A stretch of 64,000 nt of DNA, taken from assembly GCF_020745735.1 (NCBI RefSeq), contig NC_083428.1, positions 39,866,001 through 39,930,000 on the forward strand. The letters run 5' to 3'. This DNA is from Hemiscyllium ocellatum (taxonomy: Eukaryota). Below, piece by piece: positions 35,530 through 48,935 of this stretch. Each line of letters begins with the position of its first letter. Positions within the stretch are counted from its first letter, which is position 1. Position numbers and translations under genes: made by a program. Under the pieces are notes generated by a model. The model saw nothing but the letters and a program-made list of their open reading frames with translations, had not been told where the DNA came from and did no database searches.

Positions 35530-38500
35530 ATCTTTAATCAGTGATACAAATATCTCTGCTAGGGCCCCTGAATTTTTTTCCCTAGCTTCCCACTATGTCC
35601 TTGGATACACTGGATCAGGCCCAAGGGATTTATCTACCTTTATGCATTTTACGACCTCCAGCATTGCATCCTCTGTAATGTGAATTATTTTCAAGACATT
35701 ACTATCGACTTCCCTGTGTTCCTGATCTTCCATGTCTATCTCACAGGAAATACTGATGTGAAGTACTCATTTAGGATCTCACCGATCTCCTGTATAGATG
35801 GCCTTGTTGGTCTTCAAGGGGCTTTATTATCTCCCTGATTATTCTTATGCTCTTAATATCCATGCTGAATCTCTTCAGACTCTCATTGACCTTATCTGCC
35901 ATGCTGATCTCCCTCTTTAGTGTATGCTTGCCCCGCTATGCTCCACAAAGGATTCTCTTGATCCCAGCTGTCTATCCCTGACAAATGCTTCTTTTGTCTT
36001 GATTAGAACCCCAATCAACTTTTGTAACTTCCTGTCTCATTGCATCAAAATTATCCTTGCCCCAGTTTAGAATTTTAATTTGTTTCTTTTCCATAACAAT
36101 TTTAAAACGAATTGTGTTCAGGTCACTGGGCCCAAAGTGATCCCCCACGAACACCTCAGTCACTTGCCCTTCCTTATTTCCCAAGGGGAGTTCAGGCTTC
36201 ATCCTGTCTCTGGGAGGTCAATCTGCTCACTGATTGACAAGCAACTCTTGAATACACTCACAAAACCCCTCCCCATTCAAGCCCTTATCACTATGACTGT
36301 CCCAATCTATGTTTGGAACGTTAAAATCCACTATTATTACAATTCCTAGATTCTTGCAGCTATGTACGATGTCCCTAAATACTTGCTGCTGTATTTCCTA
36401 CTGACTATGAGTTGGGTTGGGTGGATGTTGGTGGGGTGGAGATGAGGGTAGGGAGGGGGTGTTATAGTCAAGCTCTATCAAAGTGATCATCCCTTTTTAT
36501 TTCTCAGATCCACCCATATAACTTTACTGGACAATCCTTCAAGAATATCCTCCCTGAGCACTGCTGTGATGTTTTTCTTAATTAAAAATGCCAATCCCCC
36601 TCCTCTCTTGCCTACCCTTCTATCCTTCCTGTACCATCTGTATGCCAGGACATTTAGCTGCCAGTCCTGTCCCTCCCTCAGCTGTGATTCTGTAGTAGCT
36701 ATACTCTGCCAGTCCCATGTTCTCCTCTATCCCTGACTTATTGACAGGCTTCTTGCATTTAAGTAAATGCTGTTTAATTCATCAGTCTTCCCTTGTTCTC
36801 TGCCCTGCTCTTGTCTGCCTTGTTTATTTAACTTGCTCTCGTTCACGTCTGTACCAGTCTCCATCTTCTCTCTTGTCTCATTATTGCCTAGGGTCTGCCT
36901 CACCCCTCTCCCCAGACTAGTTTAAACACTCCCATGTAGCTCCAGCAATACATCTCATCCCCCTCCAGTTCAGGTGCAACCTGTCCCTCCGAATAGGTCA
37001 CGTCTGCCCCAGTAGAGATCCCAGTGATCCAAAAATCTGTATCCCTGTCCCCTGCTCCAGCTCCTCAGCCACAGGTACATCTGCCTGATCCTTTTATTCC
37101 TTGCCTCACTAACACGTGACACTGGGACTAATTCAGAGATTCCTACCCTTCAGGTCCTACTTTCTGCAGAACTCCTGATGTTGACTCTGCAGCACCTCAT
37201 CCCTTTTCCTACCTGTGTTGTTGGTACCAATGTGTACAATGACCTCATGCTGCCCTTTGACAATTTTGACCACAGAAATGCCTGTCTGTGTTCCTGATGT
37301 TCACTTTGATTTTGTCAAACCATGCTTTACAGCAAAGTCAGTCATGGTGCGAAATGCAGGCCCAGCCGAATTAATTGATCTTGATAAGACAGTCCCACCA
37401 CCCCCAGTCCCAGCCCAGTCAACCTCCGCTGCACTCTGTCTCAAACAAGTCTTTGCTTTCTTCAATAGAGAGACCAAAACTGTGCTCATATGGTCTTACC
37501 AAGTCCCTGTGTAACTGCAGTACATCAGCCCTACTTCTGAACTCCAATCCTCTTGCAATGAAAGCAAAATCCAATTTGCCAATCTGCTCCCTTGCTGCGC
37601 CTGCCTGTTTACTTTCATTTGGCAAAAGTGGGGACTGCAGATGCTGGAGATTAGAGTCAAGGTTAGAGTGGTGCTGGAAAAGCACAGCAGGTCAGACAGC
37701 ATCCGAGGAACAGGATTCCCGATGAAGGGCTCCTGCCTGAAATGTCGATTTTCCTGCTACTCGGATGCTGCCTGAACTGCTGTGCATTTCCAGAACTGTA
37801 ATTAATCTAAGTAATTTAAGTAACTGTAATCTTGATTGTTTACTTTCATTGACTGGGGTGTGTGGACACCCAGATTTCCCTCTCTGTTCACACTTGCTCG
37901 TATATTACCATTTACATAAATCTCTTCCTTTATGATTTTCACACCAAAGCTTACAACTTCACATTTCTCTCCAAGGTTATACCCCTGCCATGTGTTTCCC
38001 CACTCACTCAAGTTGAGTAAATTACTTTGAAGCCTCCTTGCATCCTCCTTCACAATTCACAATCCTGCTCTCTTTTGAGTTGTCAGCAATTTCGGTAATA
38101 TTGTGGTTGTTTCATTATCCAGGACAATTTTATATATCGCAAATAGCTGGAACGCCAGTACAAATCCTTGCAGTATCCCACCAGTCACTTCCCGACACCC
38201 GGAAAACATTTATTCCCACTCTCTGTTTCTGTCTCTCAACCAATTCCTGATCCATGCTGATATACGATATCTTCTCCCATCTCCTTTCATTTTGCACACT
38301 AGGGATTGTATTAAAAGCTGTCTGATAGTCCAAAGTCACCACATCCACTGGTTCTCCCCTATCTACTCGACTGGAGACATCTTCAAAAAACTCCATCAGC
38401 ATACTTAAGCATGATTTCACTTTCCTAAACCCATGTTGGCCTTGTTCAATCTCACCAATGTTTTACAAATGTTCTTTTATAATCGACTCTCGCATTTTTC

Positions 38501-38900
38501 CCACAACTGGCATTAGATTAATTGGTCTGTAATTCACTGTTTAATTCACCATCTCCCTCCCTTTTTAAATAGTGGGGTTGCATTTGCCACTGTACAATCT
38601 GCAGGAACAGTTTGAGAGACCAGAGGATTTTGTCAGATGATCACCAGTGCATCGAATGTTTTTGGGGGCCACTTCTTTCTCACTCTGGGATGTAGATTAT
38701 AGGCTCTGGTGCCCTGTCAAACATTAAAAGCAATAAACCTCCAGCAGGATTTTCATACTAATAGTGATTTCTCTCAATTCTACTGTCTCCCTGCAGCGGT
38801 TGTTCACTATCATTTCCGGAAGGTTCTATGTCCCCTCTTGTGTGAAGACAGAATCGAGGTGTACGCTTAATTCTTCGACCATTTCTATGTTAAATGGAGA
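35530..38900 (-). mobile_element. Cluster of CR1/L2 LINE fragments
   Basis: GQVTEVFVGDHFGPSD (endonuclease region), KSCL...EFFEDVSSRVDRGEPVDVV (RT region); short Penelope-end hairpin at about 37673-37793. Confidence 0.75.
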
Positions 38901-39039
38901 ATCACAGAAGTTCATGTTGAGATCACTGGATCTGTCCAGGACTTTGGTGGAGTCTCACTGTCAGAGCTGAGGACGGAATGTGCTTTGTTAAACATTCAAG
39001 TTTCCGAGGGTTTCACAGCTTCATACAACTGAAGTGTAA

Positions 39040-39598
39040 GGTGGAAAATGTCATGATTTGGAGATGCCGGTGTTGGACTGGGGTGTACAAAGTTAAAACT
39101 CACACAACACCAGGTTATAGTCCAATAGGTTTAATTGGAAGCACTAGCTTTCGGAGCGCTGCTCCTTCATCAGGTGGTTATGAGGTACATCATTGTCAGA
39201 CACAGAATTTATAGCAAAAGTTTACAGTGTGATGTAACTGAAATTATACATTGAATTGAAAAATACTTTGATTGTTTGATTGTTTGTCAAGTCTCTCATC
39301 TGTTAGAATGACCATGGTAGTTTCACTTCGTTCATATGTAAATCACAAAACGTTTTTAAAATGTTACATTCTCAAGTTAACTGTAACAAGTGGTGTCAGC
39401 CCAGATAAGTTGTTAAGATGTTGAAGGTGTTAGCCCCCTGTGTTCCCAGTCTGTACCAAAATGTTTAGACTGATTCTAATCTAAACAGTGAGTTAACAGA
39501 GATCCATGCAGTTTTTGAGCAAAGTACAATGTAACTCTGCAAGTACAAATTCACCCTGCAAATGTATATGTGTATGTGTGTATGTGGGTTTGTTGCGT

Positions 39599-39632
<34 letters not shown>

Positions 39633-39635
39633 AAA
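39040..39635 (-). mobile_element. Penelope-type terminal fragment with hammerhead-like core and (GT)n tract
   Basis: Minus strand CTGATGA-A-GGAGCagcGCTCC-GAAAGCTAG at about 39145-39174; (GT)n at about 39590-39632. Confidence 0.65.
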
Positions 39636-39639
39636 GAGG

Positions 39640-40100
39640 TCGAAGTCTGTGAGACTATCTTATGTTGAAAGACTGGAGCGACTTGGCCTGTATACCCTTG
39701 AGTTTAGAAGACTGAGAGGGGATCTGATTGAGACGTATAAGATTATTAAAGGATTGGACACTCTGGAGGCAGGAAACATGTTTCCGCTGATGGGTGAGTG
39801 CCGAACCAGAGGACACAGCTTAAAAGTAAGGGGTAGGCCATTTAGGACAGAGATGAGGAGACATTTCTTCACCCAGAGAGTGGTGTTGTGTGGAATGCTG
39901 TGCTCCAGAAGGCAGTGGAGGCCCAGTCTCCGGATTCGTTTAAGAAAGAGTCTGATAGAGCTCTCAAGGATAGCGGAATCAAGGGTTATGGAAATAAAGC
40001 AGGAACAGGATACTGATTGAGGATGATCAGCCATGATCATATTGAATGGTGGTGCAGACTCGAAGGGCAGAATGGTCTACTTCTGCACCTACTGTCTATC
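39640..40100 (+). mobile_element. CR1 LINE 3' end
   Basis: ERLERLGLYTLEFRRLRGDLIETYKII and 3' tail. Confidence 0.88.
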
Positions 40101-40259
40101 GTCTATTGAGAGGATTCATGTGTGAGTGTGGGAGTGTGTGTTTGTGTGTTGGGTGGGGGTGGGGGGTGGGGAATGGTTTGAGTGTCTCTGAGAGAGTGTT
40201 TATGTGTGTGTGAGTGTAAAGTAGTCTCAGTCTGTGAAAGGGAGCACGTGAGAGTGTGT

Positions 40260-40390
40260 NNNNNNNNNNNNNNNNNNNNNNNNNNNNNNNNNNNNNNNNN
40301 NNNNNNNNNNNNNNNNNNNNNNNNNNNNNNNNNNNNNNNNNNNNNNNNNNNNNNNNNNNNNNNNNNNNNNNNNNNNNNNNNNNNNNNNNN
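40260..40390. other. Assembly gap (131 N)
   Basis: Run of N following a GT/GA-rich low-complexity tract. Confidence 1.
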
Positions 40391-40632
40391 ATCCATCTGT
40401 TTTGTCACCTTCTCAAAGAACTCAATAAGCTTAATGTGGCACGGCTTACCCTTTAATAATCGAGTTGACTACCCCTAATCAAATTATTCCTTTCCAGATG
40501 ATTGTAAATCCAATCTCTTATAACCTTTTCCAACACCTTACCCACAACCAAAGGAAGGCTCAGTGGCCTATAATTACCAGGGTTGGCCTGACTCTCCTCT
40601 TAAACAAGGGATCAACGTTTGCTATCCTCCAG

Positions 40633-42950
40633 GTAAAAACAATGACTGCAGATGCTGGAAACCAGATTCTAGATCAGTGGTGCTGGAAGAGCACAGCAGT
40701 TCAGGTAGCATCCGAGGAGCAGTAAAATCGACGTTTCGGGCAAAAGCCCTTCATCAGGAATACAGGCAGAGAGCCTGAAGGGTGGAGAGATAAGTGAGAG
40801 GAGGGTTGGGGGTGGGGAGAAAGTAGCATAGAGTACAATAGGTGAGTGGGGGAGGGGATGAAGGTGATAAGTTAGGTGCGGGGGAGGGTGGAGTGGATAG
40901 GTGGAAAAGAAGATAGGCAGGTAGGACAAGTCATGGAGACAGTGCTGAGCTGGAAGTTTAGAACTAGGGTGAGGTGGGGGAAGGGGAAATGAGGAAACTG
41001 TTGAAGTCCACATTGATGCCCTGGGGGTTGAAGTGTTCCAAGGCGGAAGATGAGGCGTTCTTCCTCCAGGCGTCTGGTGGTGAGGGAGCAGCGGTGAAGG
41101 AGGCCCAGCTCCTCCATGTCCTCGGCAGAGTGGAAGGCGGAGTTGAAATGTTGGGCCACAGGGCGGTGAGGTTGATTGGTGCGGGTGTCCCGGAGATGTT
41201 CCCTAAAGCGCTCTGCTAGGAGGCGTCCAGTCTCCCCAATGTAGAGGAGACCGCATCTGGAGCAATGGATATAATAAATGATATTGGTGGATGTGCAGGT
41301 AAAACTTTGATGGATGTGGAAGGCTCCTTTAGGGCCTTGGATGGAGGTGAGGGAGGAGGTGTGGGCACAGGTTTTGCAATTCCTGCAGTGGCAGGGGAGG
41401 TGCCAGGATGGGAGGGCGGGTTGTAGGGGGCCATGGACCTGACCAGGTAGACACGGAGGGAACGGTCTTTGCGGAAGGCAGAAAGGGGAGGGTAGGGAAA
41501 TATATCCCTGGTGGTGGGGTCTTTTTGGAGGTGGTGGAAATGTCAACAGATGATTTGGTTTATGCGAAGGGTGGTAGGGTGGAAGGTGAGCACCAGGGAC
41601 GTTCTGTCCTTGTTACAGTTGGAGGGGTGGAGTCTGAGGGCAGAGGTGTGGGATGTGGACAAGATGCATTGGAGGGCATCTTTAACTATGTGGGAAGGGA
41701 AATTACGGTCTCTGAAAAAAGAGACCGTCTCGTGTGTCCTGTGGTGGAACTGGTCCTTCTGGGAGCAGATACGGAGGAGGTGGAGGAATTGGGAATACGG
41801 GATGGCATTTTTGCAAGGGGTAGGGTGGGAAGAGGTGTAATCCAGGTAGCTGTGGGAGTCGTTGGGTTTGTAAAAAATGTCGGTATCAAGTCGGTCGTCA
41901 TTAATGGAGATTGAGAGGTCCAAAAAGGGGAGGGAGGTGTCAGAGATGGTCCAGGTAAATTTAAGATCAGGGTGGAATGTGTTGGTGTAGTTAATGAATT
42001 GCTCAACTTCCTCGCGGGAGCACGTGGTGGCGCCAATGCAGTCATCAATGTAGCGGAGGAAGAGGTGGGGAGTGGTGCCGGTGTAATTACGGAGGATCGA
42101 CTGTTCTACGTAGCCAACAAAAAGACAGGCATAGCTGGGGCCCATACGTGTGCCCATGGCTACCCCTTTGGTCTGGAGTGAGCGGGAGGATTCGAAGGAG
42201 AAATTGTTAAGGGTGAGGACCAGTTTGGCCAAACGAATGAGAGTGTTGGTGGAAGGGTATTGTTGGGGACGTCGGGAGATGAAAGAATGGAGGGCTTGGA
42301 GGCCCTGGTCATGGCGGATGGAGGTGTAGAGGAATGGATATCCATGGTGAAGATGAGACGTTGGGGGCCGAGAAAACGGAGGTCTTGGAGGAGGTGGAGG
42401 GCGTGGGTGGTGTCTCGAACATATGTGGGGAGTTCCTGGACTAGGGGGGATAGGACAGTATCGAGGTAGGTAGGCAGGTAGGTAGGTGGGGCAGGAGCAT
42501 GCTGAGACAATGGGTCGGCCAAGGTGGTCAGGCTTGTGGATCCTGGGAAGGAGGTAGAACCAGGCAGTGCGGGGTTCCCAGACAATGAGGTTGGAAGCTA
42601 TGGGTGGGAGATCTCCTGAGGTGATGAGGTTCTGTATGGTCTGGGAGATGATGGTTTGGTGATCGGGAGTGGGGTCATCGTCGAGGGGGCGGTAGGAAGA
42701 GGTGTCCTCGAGTTGGCATTTGGCTTCAGCGGTGTAGAGGTCAGTGTGCAGGACTACCACTGCGTCCCCTTTATCTGCTGGCTTGATGGTGCGGTCGGGA
42801 TTGGAGCAGAGGGATTGGAGGGCTGTGCATTGTCAGGGTGAGAAGTTGGAGTGCGGATGAGGGGTAGACAGGTTGAGGCGGTTAATGTCCCGGCGGCAGT
42901 TGGAAATGAAGAGGTCGAGGCCAGCGCGGGGTGTCCAGGTTGATGCAGTG
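40633..42950 (-). mobile_element. Penelope-like element (RT + GIY-YIG) inserted into a CR1 LINE
   Basis: 405-aa RT ORF (KGVAMGTRMGPSYACLF, LRYIDD), GIY-YIG NIIYYIHCSRCGLLYIGETGR; 13-bp TSD tg(c/t)tatcctccag (40620-40632 / 42951-42963); hammerhead-like core at about 40727-40758. Confidence 0.93.
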
Positions 42951-43285
42951 TGTTATCCTCCAGTCTTATGGCACTACTCCTGTTGACAATGATGACATCA
43001 AGATCGAAGACAAAGACTCTGCAATCTCCGACCTGACTTCCCAGAGAATCCGAGGATAAATCCCAATTTATCTATTTTCAGATCTTCCAAAATTGCTGAC
43101 ATCTCTTCTTTGTCAACCTTCATCCAATCTAATCTTGTAGTTTGTATCTCCATATTCTTACTAATATTGCCCTTTTCCAATGTGAATACTGACAAAAAGT
43201 ATTCATTAAGCGCTTCTGCAATGTCCTCAGATTCCACACACAACTTTCCACTACTATCTTTGATTGGTCCTAATCTTATTCTTGC
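42951..43285 (-). mobile_element. CR1 LINE fragment (host of the Penelope insertion; continues 40391-40632)
   Basis: RLGPIKDSSGKLCVESEDIAEALNEYF fragment. Confidence 0.8.
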
Positions 43286-43562
43286 CTCACAGTGCCAGGG
43301 TTCCAGGTTCGATTCCAGACTTGGGCGACTATCTGTGTGGAGTTTGCACATTCTCCCCGTGTCTGCGTGGGTTTTGTCCAGTTGTTCCGGTTTCCTCCCA
43401 TAATTCAAAGATGTACAGATCAGGTGAATTAGCCATCCTAAATTGCCTATAGTGCTAGGGGCATGTCAAAAGAAATGGGTCAGGGTGGTTACTCTTCGTA
43501 GGGTCGGTGTTGATAGTTGGGCCGAAGGGCCTGTTTCCACACTGTAGGGAATCTAATCTAAT
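43286..43562 (+). mobile_element. Shark tRNA-derived SINE
   Basis: gcctcacagtgccaggg...ccacactgtagggaatctaatctaatct tail. Confidence 0.8.
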
Positions 43563-44651
43563 CTCTGTTCTTCCTGAAACATCTAAATCCCAGAAGCTGC
43601 AACAACCACTCCAGTCCCTCCTCTGGCCATATCTCTGAAATGGTGACAACATCCAAATCCCAGGTAACAATCCAGGATCACTCTCCTTATTCTGGATTCT
43701 CCTGGCATTGAGCTACACACATGTCAAACCAACATTTTCATTGCCAGTGCCCTCTCGCGACTTGTAAATCTATCCCTGACCTCACTACCCTCAACCTCCT
43801 GCACACCGGACAACCACGGGAGAAGTGTGGGAAATTGGGATTAATGCAGGTTTAGTGGTAGTTATTGTTGGTGCAGGCTCGATGGGCTGAAGGGCCTTTT
43901 CTGTGCTGTTTGACTCTGAGAACTCAAGAATAGTGAATGTGGTCAAGAGGTGGATTAGCCCACGAGAGTCTTCCTAGCTTTCCTAATGGCTGAGAGAATT
44001 CCAGTACTGAAGCTGTGACTGTGTGAGATTTTTGCCTAAAACGTTGATTTTACTTCTCCCTGGATGCTGCCTGAACTGCTGTGCTCTTCCAGCACCACTA
44101 ATCCAGAATCTGGTTTCCAGCATCTGCAGTCACTGTTTTTAACCTGTATGAGGTGGGCCTGGCTGGAAAAGGAAAGGAATTTCAAACATTTTGAGGTTCT
44201 TTAAATCACATCTTTGAGATTCATCTGAAGATTCTGACAGGTGTTTCCCATCTGGTGCACACCAAAGGTTAACCTGGGTGCCAGTGATATACACTGTCTG
44301 ACCTCAGTGGGGTCAGGCTGTCAGGTCAGGGAACAACTCTAACTTCATTAATACAGTGAAAGGCCCGATTTGGAAGATTGTTTATCACTCACTGTTCTTC
44401 CAATTGCTTTTCTTTATGAGCTGTCGTTTTAAATTCGGGTTCCACACACAAACAGTTTGTAGCAAAATGTGTATAACTCAGATTCCAGAATGAAATGTGG
44501 TGAGAGGTGGTGACATTGCATGGAACTGGAATACAGGGACATCCAGAAAGCCTTTGACAAACTATTACACAGGAGATCACAAAGGGGCAGTGGAAAAGGG
44601 TGAAGAATAATGAATTGAATTAAAATGTATTGGAAGAGATAAACAGAGTGA

Positions 44652-44972
44652 GATGAGATTAGATTCCTTACAGTGTGAAAACAGTCCCTTCAGCCCAACA
44701 TGTCCACACTGACCCTCCGAAGAGTAACCTACTCAGACCCATTACCCTCTGACTAATGCACATCACACCATGGGCAATATAGCATGGCCATTTCACCTGA
44801 TCTACACATTTCTTTTGGATTGTGGGAGGATTGTGAGAGCACCCGCAGGAAGCCCGCGGAGACACAGGGGCAATATGCAAGCTCCACAAAGACAGTCGCC
44901 TGAGGCTGGAATCAAACCTGGGTCCCTGGTGCTGTGAGGCAGCAGTGCTAACCATTCAGCTACTGCACCGCA
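44652..44972 (-). mobile_element. Shark SINE (copy 2 only)
   Basis: SINE head and tail motifs; empty site at about 15250-15260 in copy 1. Confidence 0.8.
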
Positions 44973-47867
44973 CTGAGAAGGGGTTAAGAATATTTTGTCA
45001 GACAGGGTTCAAAGTGGAATGTCAGTGTCTGTTCTGGGATCATTTCCAGAACAAAGGTAGAGAAGAAAATCTGAAAATATAACATAATCATTATCTCATA
45101 TTCAGGACATTCTGAAACACTGGCCACTCCAGTTCGCTGCTTGGTGTTTGCTCTCCCAGACCTCCATGTTGGACACCCAGCACCAACACCTCAGGGCACA
45201 CTCCATGGGCACTGGCCACATGCCCCCCACATCCATAGATGTGGCATCAACACCTGCCAGGCTCTCCTCATCATCATGGCACATCTCTGATCCACCAACA
45301 GTTCTGCACTTCAGAGTGTACAGGCAGCTGCCAGGGTAATGCTGCAGCAACCACACTGTGTACGCAGGGACAAAGGGATGGGGTCAGTCCTGGGGTCAAT
45401 AAAATGCAAATCAAGGAGGGTAGAGTGGAACCAGAAGCACTGCTGTGACTGGGAGGTGGAGGGACTCAATGGTGGGGAGGGTCAGCTGCAGCCTGGCTTG
45501 TGGAGAGTACCAAGATGGTGAAGGGGATGGGGATAGTCTTGAAAAGAGCAATGGCAGAGCCAATTGTGCACGTGAGGGCATGGGATACTGCAGGCAGGGG
45601 AGTTACAGACAGTCATCACCACTGTGGCCTCCAGAGGGGAACCGTGCAGCTTGGTAGTAGACATCACTAAACTGTCGTGACTTGGCTTGGGGGGGCATGG
45701 TGGAACATTAAAGTCTCAATTAAATGTGGTGGCTGTCAAAGTGTGGGGATTTAGTAACAACAGGCTGTGCAGGGAGAGCAGGTAAAGGGACAAGTAAGTT
45801 CATGAGTTGGTTGGACCTGTGTTCCAGGCGGAGCCTGAAATCATGGTGTCCAGTCTGACCTGCTTTCCCTTCCACATCTGTCAATCCATGTGAATGATAA
45901 ATGGCTGGGATCACATCCGTGTGGGTGAAGTCCGAGGCAGTTCAATGGGTAAAAGGAGGACTCCATTTCTGTTGGCGTGTGGAGTACAGGTTCACATCAT
46001 TTACCTCACACCATCCCATGTGAAACACATGCAACGTACATGTGTATTGGGTGCAAATACTGGCCATATGCAATGGCCACCATGTTACTGATCCTTGCAA
46101 ATTGCAGACAGACATCTCAATTTTGCAGAAGTGATCACAGCTGACTGTAAAAGAGGCAACTGTGGGTCACAAATATCACAATTGCTGACAAAGTAGCACA
46201 GGTCCCATTCCCCACCCGATCTGGAAGTATTTTGTAAGACTCCTCAATGCAGCATCTGAAGAGGTCACAGCTGTTGGGTCTCTCAGATGCTGTCCAAGAT
46301 ACAGGAGAGCCAGGGGCTTTCATCCTGATGAGTGAGGGTCAGTATTGGTGCAGGTTACACTTTCCCAGGTCACCAGGACAGAACTGCAAGCTCTGGATTG
46401 GCATCTCCAACCTGAAGGCATCTTATCACAGTCCCCTGCAAGGTGACAGTGCTGTTGAAGTTCTATTTGACTGGTCAGCTAGTATTGGACAGGAGGGGCA
46501 CCATAGAGGAGTGGTCAGTCATTAATGAGGCAGGTTTGAACCATAGCACAAGAAAGCTGCTCGGACTCATGAACAGACACAATGAAAACTCGACAAAACT
46601 GACAATGTGACAAATCAGAGTGTAGGATTCATCTATATTCTTTCTTTCCCTTCACATGGAGTTTTTAAATAAGCTGATGCAAAGCTGACCAGGCCATAGA
46701 TTCCGAACAGAACTGGTTCGCCTCCTTAAACAGTGATGTTTCTGTTACTTAAATGGGTGGAAAGGAATCTGAGAGATTTGGGTACGGCTGCAGTAAAATG
46801 ATGTTATATTGAGGTTGACTGTGTTCTGGACAGTCCCTCTGCTTAAAATAACAGGCCCCAGTTCCTGCTGGGGGCCAGGTGTTTGTTCATTTCACCCACT
46901 CGGAGCAGCTGGATTGGACGGCACAAACCACCCGCAACTACTGAAAGCTGATTGGCTGAAACTGACTGCTCAGCAGCTTCATTCAAACTCCTTCAACATT
47001 CCCATGAGGTTCCATTCATTCTCAATGTTCGGGTTCCATGGAAATAACAGATATACTTATTGTCTAAATCATATTCACCATTCTGGGCAATATTGTTAAT
47101 TGTGTAACTGGTCACCTGGTGGTCAATAGCAGGTTAGAGTCTGATAGTTAGGTGGCAAGTAGGTGCATCATTAACTAGTCACATGCTCAGCTCTTTTATG
47201 TTCACACAAACTGTGACAGAGCAAAATTATCCAAACATTAACTGAGGGGATTCACCAACACCTCAGGCTGGATATTCCCCCTGGGGAGGGATACAGGAGT
47301 TGGGAATGTCACTCTGCTCCAATCCCTCTCTTGGAGGCTGGGAACACACACACATTGGGATTCTCACAGAGGGATCCTCTGAACTGGCCTGGAGACAGGG
47401 TCCTCGTGAATTATGGGTGGATGGAGTGTAGCCCCTTCACAGTTGCTCTAATACCCAGGCAGGCAGGAAGGGCCTTTCCTCATTCAAACAGGCCCCTACA
47501 CAAACTGGAAGTTGGAGACTTGCTGGAAGTGACTCATCAATGTCCATTAGTTCAGTGTTAACAAGACCCTAACAGAGTCTAATTGGGCACCTGCCCTACC
47601 CTGCTGGGCCCAGACCCACAATGTCTGAAATAGCTGGAGCTGGGAATGATGTTGGAAACTAAATATTCACTTTCTACCTCCAATCCTGCCTCAAGTTTGG
47701 CTACAAATTAAATAAGGACTATGTATAGCAGACATTCAGGAAGTAGCCTATGCTTAGAAGTTCGCTGTACCAAGTTGCAGATCCATTTTCCTGCAGGAAG
47801 GCATTAGAACATACACATTATGTGATAAAAAAGATTGACAACATGCTGATTTTTAAACGCTCTTCAG

Positions 47868-48417
47868 GATGGTATGTTGGTTAGCACTGCTGCCTCACAG
47901 TGCTAGGGACTTGGGTTCAATTCTAATCTCAGGTGACTGTGTGTGGAAATTGCACATTCTCTCTGTGTTTGTGTGGATTTGTTCCAGTTTCATCCCACAG
48001 TCCAAAGATTACATTACTTACAGTGTGGAAACAGGCCCTTCGGCTCAACAAATCCACACCGACCCACAAACGTGCAGCCCACCCAGACCACGTCGGCAAT
48101 TTAGTGTAGCCTGCACAATTTTGGATTGTGGGAAGAAACCGGAGCAAACCCACACAGACGTGGGGAGAATGTGCAAACTCCACACAGACAGTTGCCTGAG
48201 GCAGGAATTGAACCCAGGTCTCTGGTGCTGTGAGTGCTAACCACTGTGTCAGCGTGCTGCCCATAAAGATGTGTAGGTTAGGTGGATTGGCCATGCTAAA
48301 TTGCCTGTAGTGTTAGGTGGAGTAGTCAGAGGGAAATGGGTCTGGGTGGGTTACACTTTGGAGGATTGGTGTGGACTTGGGTCAAAAGGCCTGTTTCCAC
48401 ACTGTTGGGAATCTCAC
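47868..48417. mobile_element. Nested inverted SINE pair (paralog of 18255-18775)
   Basis: Same structure as in copy 1. Confidence 0.8.
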
Positions 48418-48673
48418 CTATTAACAAGAGCAACAAATAATTTACGCCAGAAAGATATGTTTTGATGGTAGGTGTGAAGAACAATTTTAACTCCAGGGCT
48501 GGTCGGGAGATGCAGTAAACATAAAGGGAAATATCAGACAATAAATGAGCTTCAGTGTAAAATGTGACAGCGATTCCAGTCGCACTGAGGCATCACTGCA
48601 TCAACCTGAATCTCTGAGCCTGAATGGGCGGGTTTCAGATCCTTGCTCTGGTTGGTCAGTGTGAATCGCTCTC

Positions 48674-48713
48674 ATTTGCACGGATTTCCTTCCGGTTGTG
48701 AAGGGCTCTATAA
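48674..48713 (+). promoter_or_regulatory. IgL V2 promoter: ATTTGCAC and TATAA
   Basis: ATTTGCAC at 48674-48681, TATAA at 48709-48713. Confidence 0.7.
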
Positions 48714-48788
48714 CTGGCTTCAATGGGAACCTGCTGCCACAGTCTGTCCCAGATACAGTCGCTGAAGGCAGGCAGCTCATTGACAGAA

Positions 48789-48837
48789 ATGATGTGGATC
48801 TTGTGCTTTCTCTGTTCCCTGGCAGTGTGGCTGGGCT
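48789..48837 (+). CDS. IgL cluster 2 leader exon
   Basis: Identical peptide to leader 1; GTAAGT donor. Confidence 0.88.
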
Positions 48838-48935
48838 GTAAGTAAAACACTGCTCCTTCCACAGCAGCAGATTGGGGTTTTACAGTCACCTTTAAAAGGG
48901 TCCATTTCTGATGTTTAATCCTTGCTCTTTTACAG

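Larger units (their letters stand above)
9938..35545 (+). repeat. Segmental duplication copy 1 (contains IgL cluster 1)
   Basis: Collinear similarity to 43823-~63068, starting at aagtgtgggaaattgggattaatgc and ending near tctgtttaactcagcctggaatat. Right boundary approximate. Confidence 0.9.

Noticed and set aside
41408-42585. Long overlapping ORFs around the Penelope RT as extra genes
   Set aside because: They are antisense or alternate-frame shadows of the element's coding sequence.
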